Positions 27,719-37,267 of a stretch of 64,000 nt of DNA are shown here, one piece after another. Source of the stretch: a virus; IMG/VR virus record IMGVR_UViG_3300032245_000473, positions 10,077 through 74,076 of that record; one strand, written 5' to 3'. Positions within the stretch are counted from its first letter, which is position 1, and each line of letters starts with the position of its first letter. Under the pieces are notes generated by a model. The model saw only the letters and a list, made by a program, of their open reading frames with translations, had not been told where the DNA came from and searched no databases. A program made the position numbers and the translations under genes.

Positions 27719-30700
27719 TGGGATTCTTCTCCACCTTTCTCCTAGAGAATGCCGTTACCGCTGCCGCCCCTATCACTACGGGGCCGGTTGATGTAACGCT
27801 CATGCTGCTGGCTCGCGCCCCCGAGTTGGAAGACGTAGAGACTAGATACGCCTTCAAGGGCGTGACCACCCCTGAATCGCTGGTGGCTCTGGATGGGTGG
27901 GAAGAAATCTCCGCCCCCGGGTACAGCCGTCAGGTCAACGCCGGATGCACCATTTACACAAAGGGTTCAAACCAATATTTGATTCCTAAGACTGACATCC
28001 TGACGTTCTCCCTGTCTGCCGATACTCAGGTGGAGGCTCTTGCTCTGCTGGTAGACGGAACGAAACTCGGGGGGTCAGCGGGTGCCCGTGTCATCTGCGT
28101 GACCACTACACCGTTTGCAAAGGACCCGATACTTCGGGACGGGGACCGAATCACCGCCCTAACGGACAGCACTATCGGGAAGAAGTGGTACGTCGGGTGG
28201 TCCACCACGGACGTACTTCTACCGGTACCTGCCACGGTGTTCAAGAACGCAGCGGAAGGAACCACGGTTCTGTGGCAAGGACCTCCCAAGTTTGAGTCCT
28301 CTCGTATCCAACATGTGTGGCTTTCCCCCCAGCGAGTGAACTTCATCGCTAATCCCTCATTTGAATACACCCAATCCGTGTCTCCCCCTGCGGGCATGGT
28401 TATTGCAGCAGTTGGCCGTGAAATCGCCCCAGCGATTGGAAAGGCCATGGATGCGGTGGTGTGCCTTGCTAACGTGCCCACCCCCATTTCTGCCAATGCA
28501 TATGGGTCCGCTTTCAACGCTACTGTCACCCCCGCCAACAACAAGTTGGCTGGATACTGGCAGACCAACTCATATCCTCTCCGACTCATTCAGGGAGAAG
28601 AATGGGCTGGGTATGGCTCCATCAACTGGCCCTCTCCGAAGTTGTCTGCCAATGCACAGAAGATGTCAAGGTACGTTCCTCAGTACGACCCTGAATCCCG
28701 TCTGTACATCAAGTCATCTCCCTTCTACCCCACCGGTCATAACTTCACCTTCCAATTGCTGGCCAAGGGCCGTGGGATTGCACGTGTCGGGTTGGCGTAT
28801 TACGCACGTGATTACGTGGTGGAAAGTGCCGACTGGGGAATGCAGGACAATCTTGTGTTTCAAGAGTGGACGCTCTCCAGCGATCACTACACCTCGTTGA
28901 GGGGTCTTCGCTTCACGGATGACCGTGCCTATGAGGTGGCGCTCATTATTGAGGTGCGCGGGTATCTCACTAACCCGGACAACCCCAGTACTTACGTCAC
29001 CCCGGAAATCATTCTGGACAATTGTCTCGTTGAGGAAGGCGAACTTCTGGACTGGCCGTACTTTGACGGCGACAGTACGTACGCAGCGCCCGGGGACTAT
29101 TCATGGTACGGAGGAACGAGTCAGGCCGGGAAGTCGTACAGCCTGTGGTACAACAACCGTAAGTCTGTTTCGGCCCGCCTGTTCGGCAGGTTTGTTGATG
29201 ATGACGCCCTCTACACAAACCGTGATGAGCAGTTGGATAGCCTCCTATCGGAGTGGGTACCCACCGGCACACAAATTGTTCCCCACTGGGATGTCCTCAA
29301 GCCCGGTGACACTCAACTTCTTCCCGAAAACAGGGCCTCGGTTGTTCTTCCTGCTTCTCTCTGGCCGGAACAGTCGCAGAAGTTCTCCATTTACAATGTG
29401 GAGTCAGATACCGATTCCGCTGTAATTCAGGTAATCGGTGAGGGAGCCTTTCCGGTTACACGGGGGTTTGTATACACAGAAGGCAGTACTTCGGTCCAGC
29501 CTCTGACTATCGCACCTCGCCCTTGGGAAGCGCCCGGTCTACGTCAGTACCAAATTGACGCCTTGAAATCGCAACTGTATGACTTGTCGGTGGCGCAGGA
29601 AATTAGTGTTTCATGGGCAGGAGTCCCGGCCTTCTCTACTAACCATGTCTACTTGGAGCGAGGCACTTCTTCATCCCCTCAGTCATGGGCATCGTTTACC
29701 CTCGTCGCTACCGCTGCTGCTGGCTATGACATTGCCGAGGGTATTGCGTACAGAGCAACCGCCTCCGTTTCTGCTCCGGTCAGTACTACATCCGTTACAG
29801 GTACGGCACTGGATGCAGTTGCAAGAACTTCCTTTGCTGCTGGACTCGCCTCCGGTTCTGCCCAAGCCTTTAGCCCCGGTTGGGATAACGCCACCAGTGG
29901 ACAGGTACTGGCTAGTTCGACCGCTTCAGCCTTTGATGCCGTGGCCAACACTGCGATTGAGGTTGTGACAGCGGTCGCCTCTGCAACAGGAACTGCGTAC
30001 AACAGCGGGGCAAACTCTTCCCCGACAGCGGACAGCGCAGCGGGTATTGGTACTGCACTCGACGGCTCTACAAATCTCCTGAGGCTTGCCCCAGCAGAAA
30101 CTGCCGTAGCGGTCGCCGCCACAGGAGCAGCGGGCGCTGCCGCCGATGTGAACATCGACATGGCGGCAACTACCGGTACCGGCTACACCGGTTCGACCGC
30201 TATTGGTGCGCTAGCGGAGCAGTCGGCAGCGACAGGTGCCGCTTACGACGTGTCGCAGTCGGTGGCCAACACTGCGGATTCGGCCTCTGCTACAGGTTCC
30301 GCTGCCGACGCCCAGTCCAGCATCACGTTCTCTGTCGGTTCTGCCGCTGCTACTACCGCTGCCGCCGACGCTCAGTCCAATCTCGCACCGCCAGTTGAGA
30401 CGGCCGCAGCATCTTCTACGGCATACGACATTGTGGACGAAATCGACGCCGTTTCGGCCGGTGTGGCCGACAGTGTTGCTACCGCTTACCAGCCCAATAC
30501 CAGCGTTGTTGTTACATCCCTAGAAACGGCTACGGCATCCTCCACCGCATATGACCTTGTGGATGAGACAACTGCCCTTACTGCTGAGACAGCGACTGGC
30601 GTTGCTATCGGTTACACCCCCGGGACTAATGCTGATACCACCATTCCGGTCGCAAGTGGTAGCGGTACCGCTGTCAACCCGGCGTCTCAAGTTGACACCA

Positions 30701-31629
30701 GCAGCACCACGGGAATCGGCTCCGGTCAATCGTTCAGCGTGTCGTTCGACACTGTCATTCCTACCCCGACCATCATCTCCTTCCAGCCCGAAACCTCCTA
30801 CGGACAGATGGTCCTGCGGTGGACAAACGGCACCGATGTCCAGACATATCTGGACACCGTGTTGGTGGAGGCTTCAGACAATGGGACGACGTGGACAACA
30901 GTGGCCAACTTCACCGCCGACGGCGCTGACACGCTCGCAGGGTCTGCCATGTCCATCGTTGTCGGTACTTACGCCGCCCCTGCTGCGGGAACATCGGACG
31001 ACAAGTACGCCCGTGTGACCTGCACTGACAAGGCCGGTAACTCGGCGTCAAGCACGGCAAGTTACGTGTTGATTCCGTCCCCGATCAACGTGGTCGCCAC
31101 CGCCACCAACTCATGGCGAAACACCAACGGCGGCGAATGGAACTCTCAGGCCAACAACCGGGTGTACCAGTGGTACTTCACCAACGCTGCTTGGAACGCA
31201 ATCGGCTGCTACTTCTACGACAACAACATCTCTAAGTGGCAGACGACCTACAACGGGACCGCAGCAACAGCGTCGCACGGTGTCCGCACAGCCTCTACCA
31301 TGCGAATTCTGTTCACCCGTGACAACGTCACTGGTTCTTCCGTAGGCCATGAACCGGTCATTCGCGCACACAAGATCGTTTCCAATCCCGGCAACGTGAC
31401 TGGGTATGCAGAGCCGACCCTCTACGACACGGAAACCAGTACGGGGCTGTCCCTTGGTCTAAACACCAATGGGTTCTACACGCTTCCGGCCTCGTATAGA
31501 GATGGTTTGTTCAATGGCACTTATGAAGGCATCGCCCATCGTGACACCACTTCCGGTGTGTATGCGGCGTACTACGCCGTTTCTGAGAATGCCTTGTCTG
31601 GCATGATCGAAATCAACCATCTGGGGTAG
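27718..31629 (+). CDS. baseplate-attached tail fibre protein
   Basis: RVNFIANPSFE, YFDGD, S.WYNNR baseplate motifs; long Ala/Thr/Ser shaft; FN3-like and tip domains. Confidence 0.8.
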   Translation: MGFFSTFLLENAVTAAAPITTGPVDVTLMLLARAPELEDVETRYAFKGVTTPESLVALDGWEEISAPGYSRQVNAGCTIYTKGSNQYLIPKTDILTFSLSADTQVEALALLVDGTKLGGSAGARVICVTTTPFAKDPILRDGDRITALTDSTIGKKWYVGWSTTDVLLPVPATVFKNAAEGTTVLWQGPPKFESSRIQHVWLSPQRVNFIANPSFEYTQSVSPPAGMVIAAVGREIAPAIGKAMDAVVCLANVPTPISANAYGSAFNATVTPANNKLAGYWQTNSYPLRLIQGEEWAGYGSINWPSPKLSANAQKMSRYVPQYDPESRLYIKSSPFYPTGHNFTFQLLAKGRGIARVGLAYYARDYVVESADWGMQDNLVFQEWTLSSDHYTSLRGLRFTDDRAYEVALIIEVRGYLTNPDNPSTYVTPEIILDNCLVEEGELLDWPYFDGDSTYAAPGDYSWYGGTSQAGKSYSLWYNNRKSVSARLFGRFVDDDALYTNRDEQLDSLLSEWVPTGTQIVPHWDVLKPGDTQLLPENRASVVLPASLWPEQSQKFSIYNVESDTDSAVIQVIGEGAFPVTRGFVYTEGSTSVQPLTIAPRPWEAPGLRQYQIDALKSQLYDLSVAQEISVSWAGVPAFSTNHVYLERGTSSSPQSWASFTLVATAAAGYDIAEGIAYRATASVSAPVSTTSVTGTALDAVARTSFAAGLASGSAQAFSPGWDNATSGQVLASSTASAFDAVANTAIEVVTAVASATGTAYNSGANSSPTADSAAGIGTALDGSTNLLRLAPAETAVAVAATGAAGAAADVNIDMAATTGTGYTGSTAIGALAEQSAATGAAYDVSQSVANTADSASATGSAADAQSSITFSVGSAAATTAAADAQSNLAPPVETAAASSTAYDIVDEIDAVSAGVADSVATAYQPNTSVVVTSLETATASSTAYDLVDETTALTAETATGVAIGYTPGTNADTTIPVASGSGTAVNPASQVDTSSTTGIGSGQSFSVSFDTVIPTPTIISFQPETSYGQMVLRWTNGTDVQTYLDTVLVEASDNGTTWTTVANFTADGADTLAGSAMSIVVGTYAAPAAGTSDDKYARVTCTDKAGNSASSTASYVLIPSPINVVATATNSWRNTNGGEWNSQANNRVYQWYFTNAAWNAIGCYFYDNNISKWQTTYNGTAATASHGVRTASTMRILFTRDNVTGSSVGHEPVIRAHKIVSNPGNVTGYAEPTLYDTETSTGLSLGLNTNGFYTLPASYRDGLFNGTYEGIAHRDTTSGVYAAYYAVSENALSGMIEINHLG

Positions 31630-31644
31630 AGGTACAGTCTCGGC

Positions 31645-31902
31645 ATGGATTACGTGCTGTCGAGTTTCGCTGTGTTCTTTGTCTACTCTCTGCTGAACTC
31701 ATACCTTGGTTTGCCGGGGTGGGCTTGGCGTGTAACTCTGGTTGCGTTGTCTGCTGGCGCATGGTGGGCGGTCGGCCCCCAAGGCTGGTGGCGTATCCCG
31801 ATGATCGCCGGGGTTACAACGATCATCAAAGGTACGGAAGCCTTGTTGTTAGTAACTCAGGACCGTGCTACAGTCGACCTCCTCCGCAGCCAGCGGAGGT
31901 AA
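31645..31902 (+). CDS. small membrane protein
   Basis: Leaderless TACAGT-N6-ATG; 2-3 hydrophobic helices. Confidence 0.7.
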   Translation: MDYVLSSFAVFFVYSLLNSYLGLPGWAWRVTLVALSAGAWWAVGPQGWWRIPMIAGVTTIIKGTEALLLVTQDRATVDLLRSQRR

Positions 31903-31919
31903 CACCGGAGGAATGCATC

Positions 31920-32732
31920 GTGACCCTGTATGTGGTTCTGGGCGACGGCGAGATGCCGTCCAAGGAAGTGCCCCATCAACTGGAAGACCTGTGGGACAAG
32001 GCTGAGGCGGAGGACCAGAATTTCTGGTTCGCTCTGCTGGCCAAGGAACACCCCACCGCAACCGACTTGGAGTTGGTCAAGTTCTTCAACGCCAACGCCG
32101 TCCACTACGCCCTCATCGTGCCCGCAGATATGCAGGCACCCGACCTCTACACCGATGTCGCTGAGTACTTGGACGTGGACACCCCCAAGACCGGGGTGGA
32201 CTTCGCCCTCAGTGAATTGGCTGAACAGGGCGAGAAGACCGTCGCTCTGGCGCTCTTCAGCAACTTGGAAGAAGACGACCCGGCTGACGCCGAACTCATC
32301 GACTACATCGCCGCCGCTCTGGAGAAGGGTCGTGAGGTGTACGCCCTCAACGATTCCATGGAGCCGGTGGAAATCCGCACAGAAGAAGTGGCCCCGATGC
32401 CTGAGGCAACCGTGGTCCCGAAGCAGGAGGACCCCGTGGAATCAGCACCGGAAGTGGAAGATGCCCCCGACTTGGAGCCGTTGGACAAGCCCTATCTGGA
32501 GGGCCTGACCACGGCTGAATTGAAGGAACTGTGCAAGGGGATGGGCATTCCATACACCACTAAGGCTGCGGCCGTGGAAAACATCCTCGCCTACGAGGCT
32601 GCACCAGCCACAACCCACCCCGAAATTGAGCGGATGTTGGACGAGCAGGATGAGATGGTCTTGGTGGTCATCCACTATCCCACCAGCATGGTGTCGAAGT
32701 GGGTCCCGGCTTCCGCTGTGGCAGGTCTGTGA
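31920..32732 (+). CDS. acidic hypothetical protein with SAP/HeH-like helix pair
   Basis: SD GGAGGA then GTG at 31920; LEGLTTAELKELCKGMGI. Confidence 0.65.
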   Translation: MTLYVVLGDGEMPSKEVPHQLEDLWDKAEAEDQNFWFALLAKEHPTATDLELVKFFNANAVHYALIVPADMQAPDLYTDVAEYLDVDTPKTGVDFALSELAEQGEKTVALALFSNLEEDDPADAELIDYIAAALEKGREVYALNDSMEPVEIRTEEVAPMPEATVVPKQEDPVESAPEVEDAPDLEPLDKPYLEGLTTAELKELCKGMGIPYTTKAAAVENILAYEAAPATTHPEIERMLDEQDEMVLVVIHYPTSMVSKWVPASAVAGL

Positions 32733-33211
32733 TGCAGACATTCGTTCCATACGGTGACGACTTTGAGCGCACCGCTCAGGTGCTGGACCGCCAGCGGCTG
32801 GGGAAGCAGCGAGTCGAAGCCTTCCAGATCGTCAAGGCTCTCACAGAGCCGACGTACGGGTGGAAGAATCACCCTGCCGTGAAAATGTGGGATGGGTACG
32901 TCGAAACGCTGGCGCAGTACGGCATCGTCATGTGTCGTGAGTGGATTGGGCGGGGGTACAAGGACACGTTGCTGGAGCGGTTCTATCCGTACGCACCGTC
33001 GATGCAGTCGGACTGGCCTGAATGGCTTGACCGACCTGACGTGATGATCTCACACCGGTCGAACCTCATTCGCAAGCGCCCTGACATCTACCAGTCCGTG
33101 TGGCCCGATGTTCCCGGTGACCTCCCTTACGTCTGGCCAACCATGGAAGAGGAGAGTCATGCGAGGCCGACCGTGACTGACCAACTAGACCAAGCAGAGG
33201 AGAAACAATGA
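32732..33211 (+). CDS. pyrimidine dimer DNA glycosylase/endonuclease V-like (MSMEG_6728 family)
   Basis: MQTFVPY...LDRQRLGKQRVEA.QI...GWKNHPAVKMW...SHRSNLIRK...LPYVWP. Confidence 0.92.
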   Translation: MQTFVPYGDDFERTAQVLDRQRLGKQRVEAFQIVKALTEPTYGWKNHPAVKMWDGYVETLAQYGIVMCREWIGRGYKDTLLERFYPYAPSMQSDWPEWLDRPDVMISHRSNLIRKRPDIYQSVWPDVPGDLPYVWPTMEEESHARPTVTDQLDQAEEKQ

Positions 33212-33447
33212 AGACAGAACAGCAGACCATCCGCATCGTTCGGACGAAGGCCGACGCCATCATGTGCCGTAACGCAGGGGAGAACGTCCTGTGCGTGGAA
33301 GAGGCCGCTGAGGCACTTCTGGCCTTCGGTGGTGCCGCCGACAAGATTGAACGGCTGCGTCCGTCGTGCGCCGCTCTCGCCGCCTATGAGGCAGCACGCC
33401 TGCTGGCCAAGATCTTCATCGACGACAAGGAGGCCGACCGTGGCTGA
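33208..33447 (+). CDS. hypothetical protein
   Basis: SD GAGGAG; ATGA overlap. Confidence 0.6.
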   Translation: MKTEQQTIRIVRTKADAIMCRNAGENVLCVEEAAEALLAFGGAADKIERLRPSCAALAAYEAARLLAKIFIDDKEADRG

Positions 33448-33592
33448 GGAAGAGAACCCCCTCAAAGTGGTTGGGTGGTCAATCGCTATCGCTTGCGTTC
33501 TTGGGCTGATGATCCGTAGTTGCGATCAAGAGCGGATACCTGACTATGGGTGTATCGAAGAGGTCACCCCATGGGGCGTAGAGTGCGCCTAA
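33440..33592 (+). CDS. small membrane protein
   Basis: SD AAGGAGG, GTG start; single TM VVGWSIAIACVLGLMI. Confidence 0.55.
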   Translation: MAEEENPLKVVGWSIAIACVLGLMIRSCDQERIPDYGCIEEVTPWGVECA

Positions 33593-33601
33593 ACTTCGGA
33601 T

Positions 33602-33952
33602 ATGTTTGACTATCGCGCAGCAGTAGTACATATCACTGATGGCGATACCATTCGCCTTCTCATCGACATGGGGATGTATGTCCGCACTGAGCAGGCCATT
33701 CGCCTTCTCAATGTGTACGCCCCCGAGTCATCCACTTCCGAAGGAAGAATCGCCAAGGTTCAATTGACGAAGTGGGTCACCGACCACAACCATGGTGAAA
33801 CGTGGCCTTTGCAGGTTGTGACACAGAAGGACAAGCAGACCTTCAACAGGTACATCGGAGAGGTCACTTGCCTAAAGTGCCACGACGTACTGAACAACCA
33901 CATGCGTTTCTTGGGCTACACAAACCAAGGGACTGGCGCACCGACCACCTGA
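33602..33952 (+). CDS. thermonuclease (SNase-like)
   Basis: YRAAVVHITDGDTIRLLIDMG...IRLLNVYAPE...F.RYI. Confidence 0.9.
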   Translation: MFDYRAAVVHITDGDTIRLLIDMGMYVRTEQAIRLLNVYAPESSTSEGRIAKVQLTKWVTDHNHGETWPLQVVTQKDKQTFNRYIGEVTCLKCHDVLNNHMRFLGYTNQGTGAPTT

Positions 33953-33965
33953 GCGTGTAAAAAGC

Positions 33966-34002
33966 GGAACGCCGTGGGGGTGCGGATACCCCACGGCGTT
34001 CC
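33966..34002. terminator. strong inverted repeat upstream of the initiator gene
   Basis: GGAACGCCGTGGGG...CCCCACGGCGTTCC 14-bp stem, no long U-tract. Confidence 0.6.
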
Positions 34003-34079
34003 AGAACAACCCCGTCCTAGGAGCCGAACATGTCATACCGTACCAACCTGTACCTCTCAGTGCAACTACTGGAGGACAG

Positions 34080-34895
34080 ATGAGCATTCAAGCAATGTCC
34101 GAATGTTGGGGTCCTGACTTTCCCGTAACCACTGACCTACCGCTTGCCGAATCAACGATTCGACTAGTCGCTCTGGCAGTGGCCGATGTAGTCAACGACC
34201 TTTACGGCAACGAGTTCTTCAGTTCAGTTACCAAGTTGGCTACGAAAGTTGGCCTCAGCCGAGAGACGGTAGGACTGGTGCTGAGGCACTTGTGTGATAC
34301 CGGAGTATTGGTGTTGGTAGAGACTCGACCCGGCGGAACGACAAGATACCGATGGGTAGGGGTGACGGATCATCCGTCAGGTAGTTATCCACAACCTGTC
34401 GGAACCATCCGACAGGAGGTGACGGATGATCCGTCAGGGGGTGTCGGAACCATCCGTCACTATCCCAATAGAACCCAAGAGAGAACACAAGAAAGCCAAC
34501 TACCGGCTGCGCCGGTCGTGGTATCTCACTTCGGTAGTGATGGAGAAGAGAAGAACGAAGAACGTGATCCCGCTCCTGCCAGAGTCGTGGTCGACCAGTT
34601 TGAAGTTCTGTGGGGTCCGGTGGTGAGCCGCCATTCGGAGTACTGGTCCTACCCGGTGGTACCCCATCGGGTCGCCGCCTATTCATGGCTCAACAATCAG
34701 TACTTCAAGAACAAGAAACTTCCCGCCCGACCGGTGTCGCAGATGTTGGACTTGGTGAACTCGTTCATGCGGATGGTCGACACCGACCAGATCACACCAA
34801 AGCAGGGTTACAGCATCTGGCAGTGCTTCGTGGCGAACGTCGCCAAACTGGATGACACGACCTTCACCGCCCCAGCGCGTGAAATCGTGTATTGA
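34080..34895 (+). CDS. HTH replication initiator-like protein
   Basis: MSIQAM..W...LVALAVAD...F.SVTKLATKVGLSRETV...L...G.L winged HTH; internal iterons; precedes loader and helicase. Confidence 0.8.
   Translation: MSIQAMSECWGPDFPVTTDLPLAESTIRLVALAVADVVNDLYGNEFFSSVTKLATKVGLSRETVGLVLRHLCDTGVLVLVETRPGGTTRYRWVGVTDHPSGSYPQPVGTIRQEVTDDPSGGVGTIRHYPNRTQERTQESQLPAAPVVVSHFGSDGEEKNEERDPAPARVVVDQFEVLWGPVVSRHSEYWSYPVVPHRVAAYSWLNNQYFKNKKLPARPVSQMLDLVNSFMRMVDTDQITPKQGYSIWQCFVANVAKLDDTTFTAPAREIVY
34361..34495. other. putative replication origin: 4 palindromic iterons, DnaA box and purine-rich tract
   Basis: TGWCGGA-N1-2-ATCCGWCA x4; TTATCCACA at 34385-34393; A-rich run after 34461. Confidence 0.75.
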
Positions 34896-34921
34896 CATCT
34901 GCACCCCTACTGTCGTATCTT
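34892..34921 (+). promoter_or_regulatory. sigma70/SigA-type promoter
   Basis: TTGACA-18 bp-TATCTT. Confidence 0.7.
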
Positions 34922-35014
34922 CCCCTTGTCCTACCGGACATCCTCCTTCCCACGGGGTGGGCCATCGCCCCGTGGGAGGGGTCCCGGTAAGGACGGGACC
35001 CCAAAGGAGAACCA

Positions 35015-35563
35015 GTGCCTGACTTCAGCGCACCCCGACAACAGATCGTTGACGACTTTATTGACGGGCTTTACGCCGATGGCCCTCGCTGCTTGTGGCT
35101 CTATGGCCCTCGCCAGTCCGGTACCAGCACTTTGGCTCATCATGTCGCTCTGACCGTCAATCAGCATCTCATCGAAGGACGGCTTCTTTCCCTCCTGAAC
35201 TACCCCCCGGGCGCACAGGTGAAGGCGTTTGAGTTGGAGGGGTTGCAGCGGGACATCTGGAAGTCCGAGTCCATTCTCCGTGTCAATGGCAATGACATCG
35301 GTTTGTGGGAAGAAGATCGGATTCTCAATGAACGGTGGGAGACTCTGATGGACTGCGACATTCTGTTCATCAACCAGTTGATTCAGCCGAACGTGGAGTT
35401 CTGGAAGAAGCACCTTCTTCTGTGTCTGGACAACCGTGTGAAGTCCGACCGTGTCACCCTTATCGCCGGTACCACTCCCCCTGAGGCGTTCGGCCCCGAC
35501 TGGACCACCGGCTTCAATGCTCAGTGCATGGTTCGTAGGTTCGGTGCCCGTGGAGAAGGGTGA
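35015..35563 (+). CDS. DnaC-like helicase loader (degenerate P-loop)
   Basis: LWLYGPRQSGTSTLA; CDILFINQL at Walker B position; SD AAGGAG. Confidence 0.65.
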   Translation: MPDFSAPRQQIVDDFIDGLYADGPRCLWLYGPRQSGTSTLAHHVALTVNQHLIEGRLLSLLNYPPGAQVKAFELEGLQRDIWKSESILRVNGNDIGLWEEDRILNERWETLMDCDILFINQLIQPNVEFWKKHLLLCLDNRVKSDRVTLIAGTTPPEAFGPDWTTGFNAQCMVRRFGARGEG

Positions 35564-35975
35564 TCTGTCGGCTCACGCCACGCCCCGAATGGTGGCCGTG
35601 CTGGAGGGTGTCCTTGTGGATGTGGAGACAACCACGGAGAAGAAGGGACTGTTCGGGCGGGAGAAGGTGACTGGCGTGAACTGGTCGTGGCTGGACTTGC
35701 CGCTGAAGAATCTCGTCAGTATCAAACGACGGTTTCCTGACGTGGCCGTGGACGTGGTGACTTTCATGGGTGACGAAGCCGCCGAGCGGGCCAGCACCTT
35801 CTTCAACAAATACGGCATTGATGACTTCAATGATGTCTACGCTGCCGACTTCAAGGAGTGGTGCTGGTCACTCTCCTTCCGACCCGAGATTGTGCAGGTG
35901 TACGACAGCGATATGGAACGCCTGTATCACTACGGCCAACGTGGGTTTGCGGTGGTCAAGGGGGCTGCTTTCTGA
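35550..35975 (+). CDS. conserved replication-cluster protein (HAD-like fold, weak)
   Basis: KGDLS....PR..VLEGVL; TGATG coupling to helicase. Confidence 0.6.
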   Translation: MEKGDLSAHATPRMVAVLEGVLVDVETTTEKKGLFGREKVTGVNWSWLDLPLKNLVSIKRRFPDVAVDVVTFMGDEAAERASTFFNKYGIDDFNDVYAADFKEWCWSLSFRPEIVQVYDSDMERLYHYGQRGFAVVKGAAF

Positions 35976-37267
35976 TGGCGGACATTCAGCACGGCGCTCT
36001 TAGCAAGATGATTGTGGAGGGTGACCTCCGCACTTTCATCGACGCCCGTATCACTGTTGACTTCTTCCCTGACGAGAAGTGGCGCAAGGTCTACCGATTC
36101 CTGCTGGACCATTGGAGGAAGTACTCCACCCCTGCCACTACCGATGAGGTTCGCCGCTCCTACCCCACATACACGTGGGTGGAGGACGACCCTCAGCCCA
36201 GCCAGTACTACGTCGATGCTCTCCGTGAACGGCGCGAGTACGCCATCTACGTGGACGCCATCCAGCGTGCCAGCAACGCCGTGTTGGATGATGAGGAACC
36301 TGACAAGAACGTCATCATCCGTAGGCTTCTGCATGACGCCATCGTGCAGGCCAATACCGAAGCCAGTGCCAGCAGCGATGTGAACATTGTTGCTTCGTAC
36401 ACCGACATCCTGTACCGGCTGGGTCAGCGCCGAGACAATCCCGGCATGCTTCGCGGCATCACGACCGGATTCGACGGTATCGACTTCGTCACAGGGGGGT
36501 TACAGCCCGAACAGTTCATCGTGATCACCGGTGTCCCGAAGAGCGGCAAGTCTTCGTTCCTGCTGTACATGGCTCTCAAAGTATTCATGGCGGGAAAGGT
36601 CCCGCTATTTGTCGGGTTTGAGATGAGCAACGCCGAGCAGCAGGACCGCCTGACCTCCTTGATGAGCGGGGTTAGCCTGACCAATCTTTTGAACGGCACC
36701 ACCACTCGCTCTGAGTGGCGCAAAGTCAACTCTGCATACAAGGCCCTTCATGGGATGCAGCCGTTCATCTTCTCGGCCGACGCCACCTCCAGCACCACGG
36801 TGTCATCCGTGCAGTCAAAGATTGCCGACCTGCGTCCTGACGTGGTCTTCGTAGACGGCATCTACATGATGGAATCCGACCGGCTGGACCCAAAGCAGTA
36901 TCCCAAGGGGTCACCGCAGGTGCTGACTGACATCAGCCGTTCCCTGAAACAGTTGGCTCAATCGGCCAAACTTCCTATCGTGGTTTCGACGCAGTCGCTG
37001 GTGTCCCGTGCCAAAGGAGGACTGACCCTGTCCAGTATCGGCTACACCAGCGCCTTCGGTCAGGACGCCGATGTGATTCTTGGTGTGGAGCGGCAGGCTG
37101 ACAGCAACATCAGCAAGTTCCATGTCATGGAATCCCGTTCCGGTCCCCGCAAGGATGTGTATGTGGAGTGGGACTGGACCCGTGGTTACGTGGGTGAAAT
37201 CGACTCCGCCATCTGGACCCCTCAGTCCCGAGCGCAGAACCAAGGTAAGAACTTTGGCACACCTTGA
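35975..37267 (+). CDS. dnaB: DnaB-like replicative helicase
   Basis: GITTGF..ID..TGGLQP, GVPKSGKS, FEMS, VFVDGIYMM, QDADVILG. Confidence 0.93.
   Translation: MADIQHGALSKMIVEGDLRTFIDARITVDFFPDEKWRKVYRFLLDHWRKYSTPATTDEVRRSYPTYTWVEDDPQPSQYYVDALRERREYAIYVDAIQRASNAVLDDEEPDKNVIIRRLLHDAIVQANTEASASSDVNIVASYTDILYRLGQRRDNPGMLRGITTGFDGIDFVTGGLQPEQFIVITGVPKSGKSSFLLYMALKVFMAGKVPLFVGFEMSNAEQQDRLTSLMSGVSLTNLLNGTTTRSEWRKVNSAYKALHGMQPFIFSADATSSTTVSSVQSKIADLRPDVVFVDGIYMMESDRLDPKQYPKGSPQVLTDISRSLKQLAQSAKLPIVVSTQSLVSRAKGGLTLSSIGYTSAFGQDADVILGVERQADSNISKFHVMESRSGPRKDVYVEWDWTRGYVGEIDSAIWTPQSRAQNQGKNFGTP

Noticed and set aside
34361-34460. Palindromic repeats as a mini-CRISPR array
   Set aside because: Spacers are only a few to about 17 bp and irregular, the repeats lie in a coding frame, and no cas operon is present; iterons fit better
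34926-35153. 75-aa ORF with TTG start
   Set aside because: Overlaps the loader gene out of frame and coincides with the structured leader; probably non-coding
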